NCBI GenBank assembly: GCA_046754105.1
Contig: JBHHVD010000062.1
Coordinates: 1-20,318, forward strand
Direction of reading: 5' to 3'
Source of the DNA: Candidatus Krumholzibacteriia bacterium
Lineage (GTDB): Bacteria > Krumholzibacteriota > Krumholzibacteriia > WVZY01
Length of the DNA: 20,318 nt
The notes under the pieces were generated by a model, which saw only the letters and a program-made list of their open reading frames with translations, searched no databases and was not told the origin of the DNA. Both the position numbers and the translations under genes were made by a program. Shown here in pieces: positions 15,225 to 20,318 of this stretch (position 1 is the stretch's first letter; each line of letters starts with the position of its first letter).

Positions 15225-17606
15225 CTACTGCGCCGCGGAAAGTACCTCAATACGGCAGCGCACGTTCTTCTTATACGGGCAGCCGGTGAACGGGTCGCGA
15301 TCGCCCGAATCGGTAAGCTCGTTCCCGTTTACACCGTGGACTTGCTCGCGCCCGGTGCCATCAACCTGGACCATGCCAAAACCGTTGGGGATCCACGCGA
15401 ACCCGCGGCGCACGCCAGGGTCAATCTCGGCCGGAAGTTCGACACTGGACCGATGGGTCGACACCACTACGGTCGCACCGTCCTCTATACCCAGCAAACC
15501 GGCGTCGCCGGGATTGACATGAACGGTGCAGTGCGGACCGCTCCCCTTTCGCCAGGCCTGGTTCCGAATGATCGTGTTGGCGGTCCAACGCGTCCGCACG
15601 CCCGTCGCAAGCGTGATCGGATACTCCGCGTCAGGTGCGCTCAGGTCGGTCGCCACCACGCGGCGTAGTTCCTCGATCATCGGCTCGGGCGCCAGGCGGA
15701 TGCGCTTGTCGTCCCACCCCAGCAGTTCCTCGGTCCAGGAGCTTTCCTTGTCATACCGCGCGATCTCGACTCCTTCCGGATGTGCGAGGATACGGCGAAA
15801 TACCTCGTGGCCGAGCTCGAACGGACTCTTGTCTGCCCACTCGGCGCCTAACGCCCGCACGACGGTTTGCGGTCTGGTCAGCCCATTCAGCATCGAGAAT
15901 ATCCACACCGGCGAGATCGCGGGAGACTCGAGATGCGGCCCGACACACTCGTGGGTCCAAAAGACCAGTCGCATCGTCGGATTGACGTCGCCTTTTTCAG
16001 CAGCCAGCTGCTGCGCCTGCATAAGGAACGCGCCGGCCCCTTCCGGTGTCTCGGCGGCAGCCTTGCCAAGCTCGTAGAGCTCCTCCGGCACCTCGCCGTA
16101 AAAACCCGTCGCCTTGGCGATGCGGTGATAGATCTCCGACTCCGGCATCACGTCGTCATCGTCTCCAAGCGGAAGTATCGGCCGCCTTAGCTGACAGATG
16201 ATCTCGGGCCAACGCCGGCCGAAGTCGGCATACTCCCACTTCTGGTACTGAATCGGCGGCGGCAACACGTAGTCGGCGAGCCGGGCGGTTTCTGTAAAGG
16301 ACATGTCGACGACGACGAGCAGTTCGAGCCGCCCGATCGCCTCCCGCCACCGACCGGTATCTTGATAATTGAGCATCGGATTGGAGGTGTCGACGTGCAG
16401 CGCGCGAATTCGCTCGGGGTGATCGGTCAGAATCTCCTCGGGCACCAGCGTCGGCGAAAACATGTGGTAGGGAGCCAACGCGCGAATGCCACGAATGCCC
16501 GCGGCGACGGTGCGCGGCGGTTCGTCCCAACGATCGGGCATCAACATGGTCGGCCCCATGCTGCCGTAAAACACGTTGCCGCCCGCTCTGCCGGCATTAC
16601 CCGTCATCGATACGATGAGCCGAATCAAATAGGACACACCGGTAGAGAACCAACAGTGTTCTGCCCCGAGCCCCTGCTCGATCGAAGCCGAAGGCGCCTC
16701 GGCAAATTCAACGGCGGTATCAATGATATCCTTCGCGGCCACGTCGCAGCGCCGCGCCATTTCTTCGACGTCGACAACAGTCAGTTCGCGCTCGATCTGT
16801 TCGAAACCGCAGGTATGCTCCGCGAGGCATTCGCGATCGAGAAGATCGCGCTGCACCATCACCGCAGCCATGCCGAGCAACAGGTAGGCGTCGCTACCGG
16901 GCCTCAACTGGATATGGCGATACGCACCCTTGCAGCCGTCGGTCACGCGCGGATCGACCACGACGCGCCTTCGTGACTTGTCCTGACGAAAGGCCTTGTC
17001 GACCTCGGCGTGTGTGCGCGCGAGGTTGCTCACCCGCGGGTTGGTGCCGATTTCGAGCATGTAGTTCGTGCGCAGGCCGTCCGACATGAACATCATCGTG
17101 CACGGCGAATCGAACATCCATTGTTCGATAAGATGGTGTTGGGTCTTCTCCTGGGCGTAGGGGCAGAACCAGCGGCGCGCGCCGAGGAACTCGTAGAGCG
17201 CCAGCAGGTTACCGCCACCCAGATGATTGCTCTGGCCGCCCATGCCGACCAACGCCAATGCACGCGGACCGTGCTGTTCGTAGATCGTCTTCAATTTGGC
17301 GGTGATCTCCGAGATCGCCCCGTCCCACGAGATACGCTCGAAGCCGCCGTCGGCGCGCTTGCGCAGCGGATGACGCACGCGTTCGGGATGATTTTGAAGA
17401 AAGGTAACACCGGTCACCTTGTTGCAGATGTGTCCCCGACTGAACGGGTTTCCCTTGTCGGGACGGACGGCGTCGATCTGACCGTCGGCAATATCCACGC
17501 GGATGCCGCAAACGTGAGCGCACAGCACGCAGTGCGTGGCGATGTCTGAGGCGTCCGCGACAATCGGATTCCGTGAGATCCAGGGATCCGTGTTATTGGC
17601 GGTCAT
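15225..17606 (-). CDS. Molybdopterin-dependent oxidoreductase (DMSO reductase superfamily) with an N-terminal [4Fe-4S] site, 793 aa
   Basis: Motifs CVLCAHVC..GHICNK, RVRHPLRKR..ISWD.A, GTNP, VVDPR.T, RPGSD, VVVD..FTETARLADYVLP, and a C-terminal VHVNPGDA dinucleotide-binding domain. No Tat signal seen. Confidence 0.93.
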   Translation of the reverse strand: MTANNTDPWISRNPIVADASDIATHCVLCAHVCGIRVDIADGQIDAVRPDKGNPFSRGHICNKVTGVTFLQNHPERVRHPLRKRADGGFERISWDGAISEITAKLKTIYEQHGPRALALVGMGGQSNHLGGGNLLALYEFLGARRWFCPYAQEKTQHHLIEQWMFDSPCTMMFMSDGLRTNYMLEIGTNPRVSNLARTHAEVDKAFRQDKSRRRVVVDPRVTDGCKGAYRHIQLRPGSDAYLLLGMAAVMVQRDLLDRECLAEHTCGFEQIERELTVVDVEEMARRCDVAAKDIIDTAVEFAEAPSASIEQGLGAEHCWFSTGVSYLIRLIVSMTGNAGRAGGNVFYGSMGPTMLMPDRWDEPPRTVAAGIRGIRALAPYHMFSPTLVPEEILTDHPERIRALHVDTSNPMLNYQDTGRWREAIGRLELLVVVDMSFTETARLADYVLPPPIQYQKWEYADFGRRWPEIICQLRRPILPLGDDDDVMPESEIYHRIAKATGFYGEVPEELYELGKAAAETPEGAGAFLMQAQQLAAEKGDVNPTMRLVFWTHECVGPHLESPAISPVWIFSMLNGLTRPQTVVRALGAEWADKSPFELGHEVFRRILAHPEGVEIARYDKESSWTEELLGWDDKRIRLAPEPMIEELRRVVATDLSAPDAEYPITLATGVRTRWTANTIIRNQAWRKGSGPHCTVHVNPGDAGLLGIEDGATVVVSTHRSSVELPAEIDPGVRRGFAWIPNGFGMVQVDGTGREQVHGVNGNELTDSGDRDPFTGCPYKKNVRCRIEVLSAAQ

Positions 17607-17694
17607 ATGTTCTTTTCCCCCGCTCGATCAAGAGCGAAATCAAACCCGCGTGGTACGGTCGCCCCGCGCGCCGCGGCAATCGAGCGTGGCCGAA

Positions 17695-17724
17695 ACCATA
17701 CATTGCGGGGGATGGCTGGCGCAA
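17695..17724 (-). promoter_or_regulatory. Possible sigma70-type promoter for the molybdoenzyme gene
   Basis: TTGCGC-N18-TATGGT in the intergenic region, about 90 nt upstream of ATG 17606. Confidence 0.3.
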
Positions 17725-17754
17725 GACCGGCAGTACGACAACGCCTGTAGGCGG

Positions 17755-18789
17755 CTATTGTCCGTAGAAAGTTTCGGCGATCATGCCCGCGTAGTACATC
17801 AGCTTCTCCGGGCTTAGCGCGTAAACCGGCGGCACCACACACATCGAATCGGCCCAGGCCCACAGCTCTTCCACGCGCTCGCGTACCTTGGCCGGCTCGC
17901 CAATGGCCACAAAGGTACGCACCATCTCGTCGGGCACCAGGTGCGCGACGCTCTCGTAGTCGCCTCTTTGGACACCCTCTTGCAACCGGCGCGCGACATC
18001 GAGGAATCCGTGTGCCTCGAAGAAGGGCTCGTACTGCTTGACGCCGCCGTAGAAGGCCATGGTGGCGCGCGCGTCGTCGATGGCCTCGGCCTCGTTTGGG
18101 TTCGGCGCCGCCCACGGCCACAGGTTGACCTCGATCGCGTTCGGATCGCGCCCCGCTTCGGTCGCCGCCTTCTCGAACTCGGGCCGCATGGTCTCCAAGG
18201 CCCAGGGGTTCGACCACATGGGGTGGCCGATCAACCCGTCTCCGATGCGCGCCGCGGTTCGCACCATCGGCGCGCGTAGAGCCGCGATCCATATGGGGAT
18301 CTCTTCGCGCACGGGGGCTTCGGTAGGCGACAGTTCCCGAAAGTGGGCTTTGTAGTAAGTGCCCTCGAAGGGCTCCAGGCCTTTGTGGGCGCCGGCAACG
18401 ATGTGGCGTACCGCCGCCACCGTCTCGCGCAGGTGCTTGATCGGCTTGTATTCAGGCGTACCAAAAATGCCCTCGGTCCAGGCGTGCACGCTGGTACCTA
18501 GACCGAGGGTGAAGCGGCCGCCCGAGATGCGGTCGAGGTCGATGGCTGCCATGGCGGTTTCGAAAGGGCTGCGCGTTGCGGCGATCGCGATACCGCTGGC
18601 GATTCGTAAGCGTTCGGTGACCGCCGCCACGGCAGCAAGTGGGATGAAAGGCGGTCCGGGCACCTGTGGTGAGAACACGCCGTACACGCCCTGTGCCTCG
18701 GCCTGCTGGGCTAAGAATTTGATCATCTCCACCGGCATCGGTGAGATGACCGTCCAGTAGCGGCGCTCGGAAGAGTTCTTATCGGACAT
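17755..18789 (-). CDS. LLM class (luciferase-like) flavin/F420-dependent oxidoreductase
   Basis: Motifs AAVTERLRIASGIAIA.TRSPF.TAM.A.DLDRISGGRF.LGLG, IPIWIAAL, MVRTAARIGDG. GGAGG RBS upstream. Confidence 0.92.
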   Translation of the reverse strand: MSDKNSSERRYWTVISPMPVEMIKFLAQQAEAQGVYGVFSPQVPGPPFIPLAAVAAVTERLRIASGIAIAATRSPFETAMAAIDLDRISGGRFTLGLGTSVHAWTEGIFGTPEYKPIKHLRETVAAVRHIVAGAHKGLEPFEGTYYKAHFRELSPTEAPVREEIPIWIAALRAPMVRTAARIGDGLIGHPMWSNPWALETMRPEFEKAATEAGRDPNAIEVNLWPWAAPNPNEAEAIDDARATMAFYGGVKQYEPFFEAHGFLDVARRLQEGVQRGDYESVAHLVPDEMVRTFVAIGEPAKVRERVEELWAWADSMCVVPPVYALSPEKLMYYAGMIAETFYGQ

Positions 18790-19011
18790 CGCTATTCCTC
18801 CATAATCGTCGGGACCCGCGAAGCGCCGAGCATCCTACGCGAGTGGCGCCGGCGAGTCACGGATCAGGCCAGTCTAGCCGGTCACTCACTTGACAAGGCC
18901 CTGCTTCCGCATAACAGCGGAGACAACGCAGTGGCAAGCGACCGAGTTAGCAACCCGTCCAGCGGACCCTGCCGCCGATCGACGACTACCGATTCTCACA
19001 GGAGTGGAAGA

Positions 19012-20318
19012 GTGGCGGAGGATTTATTCGACCCATCCGAGATGGCTCCGCTGACTGGTTCGGCCAAGGGAGTTGATGTCTCGCATGGCCAGTCGACCGA
19101 CGGCGGCCTCCGAGCTTGGAACGAAGAGACGGACGTCGTGGTCGTCGGTTTCGGTGCGGCGGGAGCAAGCGCAGCCATCGAAGCCACTACTCTCGGAGCG
19201 TCGGTGCTGGTGGCCGATCGATTCACGGGAGGGGGCGCGACGGCCTTGAGTGGCGGGGTCGTGTACCTCGGCGGTGGAACCGAGCTACAGAAAGAAGCGG
19301 GCTACGAGGATACGCCAGAGGAGATGTTCAAGTGCCTGTCGCTGGAGACGCAGGATGCCGTCAGCGAGACGGTCTTGCGGGCTTTCTGCGACGCCAGTGT
19401 GGATAACTTCGAGTGGCTGCGCGGCATCGGTGTGCCCATGCCCGCAAGCGGTAAGGTCTCAAAGGTATCGTACCCCCTCGATGACTGCACCCTCTACTTC
19501 TCGGGTAACGAAGCATCGCCGCCTTATAGTGAGGTCGCTCACCCAGCGCCACGCGGGCACCGGGTTCTCGGAAAAGGGGTCACCGGCGGGCTGCTGTTCG
19601 GGCGCCTCCGCAAAGCAGCACAGGACGGTGGCGCGAACATTCGCAGCTACACCCAGGCAACGCGCCTGGTCGTCGACGCCGACGGGGCGGTAATCGGCGT
19701 CGAGCTCCGGGAGTTCGTAGGACCGCCCCGTTGGAGGCGTCTCCACAGAGTTCTCTCCTTGCTTGTCACGCAACTCGGAGCGCTCAGCCGTGGGGCCTCC
19801 GTCTTCCTTCAACGACAGATCTTCCGCGTAGAAGCCGCGTACGGAGCGAACCGCTACGTGCGCGCCCGAGGAGGTGTCATCCTTTCGGCCGGCGGGTTCG
19901 TTTTCAATCCGGAGATGGTGCGGCGACACGCGCCGGATCACCTGAAGTGCAGTATGCGACTCGGCACCGCTGGAGACACCGGGCAGGGGATACGGCTCGG
20001 GCAGAGCGTCGGCGGCAAGACCGGAAAGATGGATCGATGCACGGCGTGGCGCTTCATCAACCCACCCGCCGCGTGGCTGCACGGCGTGCTCATCGGACCT
20101 GGCGGCGACCGCGTCTGCAACGAGGAGCTGTACGGCGGCACCATCGGCGAGCACATATGCAAGGGCCATGGAGGACGGGGGGTCCTCGTGCTCGACGCGA
20201 CAGCCATGAAGGCCTCGCGAAGACAGAGCTTCAAGGATCCGATGCAATACTTCCAGCGGATGTTCGGCATCGCCAACGATTTTTTCAACTACAAAAAGGG
20301 CAAGACGCTCGAGGAGCT
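19012..20318 (+). CDS. FAD-dependent oxidoreductase (FAD_binding_2), 3-ketosteroid delta4-dehydrogenase (TesI)-like; 3' end lies outside the window
   Basis: Manual translation from GTG 19012 (AGGAG 7 nt upstream; alternative starts 18931 and 19042). Motifs WNEETDVVVVGFGAAGASAAIEA, GGATALSGGVVYLGGGT, SYP..LYFSGNE, APRGHR, GVILSAGGF, AWRFINPP, NEELYG. Open to the window end and missing from the ORF track. Confidence 0.88.
   Translation, partial: MAEDLFDPSEMAPLTGSAKGVDVSHGQSTDGGLRAWNEETDVVVVGFGAAGASAAIEATTLGASVLVADRFTGGGATALSGGVVYLGGGTELQKEAGYEDTPEEMFKCLSLETQDAVSETVLRAFCDASVDNFEWLRGIGVPMPASGKVSKVSYPLDDCTLYFSGNEASPPYSEVAHPAPRGHRVLGKGVTGGLLFGRLRKAAQDGGANIRSYTQATRLVVDADGAVIGVELREFVGPPRWRRLHRVLSLLVTQLGALSRGASVFLQRQIFRVEAAYGANRYVRARGGVILSAGGFVFNPEMVRRHAPDHLKCSMRLGTAGDTGQGIRLGQSVGGKTGKMDRCTAWRFINPPAAWLHGVLIGPGGDRVCNEELYGGTIGEHICKGHGGRGVLVLDATAMKASRRQSFKDPMQYFQRMFGIANDFFNYKKGKTLEE

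Noticed and set aside
18871..18915. TTGACA in the divergent intergenic region
   Set aside because: No acceptable -10 hexamer at 16-18 nt on either strand (the best candidates are at 14 nt), and no KstR-type operator was seen.
19459..20288. Minus-strand ORFs of 262 aa and 116 aa
   Set aside because: Antisense to the FAD-dependent dehydrogenase, whose plus-strand frame carries all the family motifs.

Overview
High-GC bacterial chromosomal window, almost entirely minus-strand genes. The gene mix resembles uncultured deltaproteobacteria-like lineages such as Binatia or Myxococcota (inference only). It has three parts. (1) A signalling cluster: a double zinc-ribbon/Ser-Thr kinase/STAND ATPase gene (runs off the left edge and is absent from the ORF track), a zinc-ribbon/class III cyclase/STAND/TPR gene, and a cyclase/TM/TolB-like/TPR gene with an in-frame UGA. 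(2) Small metabolic genes: enoyl-CoA hydratase, DUF1330, SDR, VOC, an RRM RNA-binding protein and a methyltransferase. (3) A redox block: a molybdopterin oxidoreductase, an LLM oxidoreductase and a divergent TesI-like FAD dehydrogenase that runs off the right edge. Best leads: the in-frame UGA (T-U-G-C) is followed by a bacterial-SECIS-like hairpin, which suggests a selenocysteine-containing signalling cyclase. The kinase has a WNK-like lysine arrangement (GxGxxK, with VALA instead of VAIK) plus a 31-residue beta7-beta8 loop. Several genes are decayed: two in-frame internal deletions that keep both gene ends, a zinc-ribbon relic that shares its upstream motif with the kinase gene, and an amber-interrupted secreted protein. 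No rRNA, tRNA, CRISPR array or mobile element was recognised.
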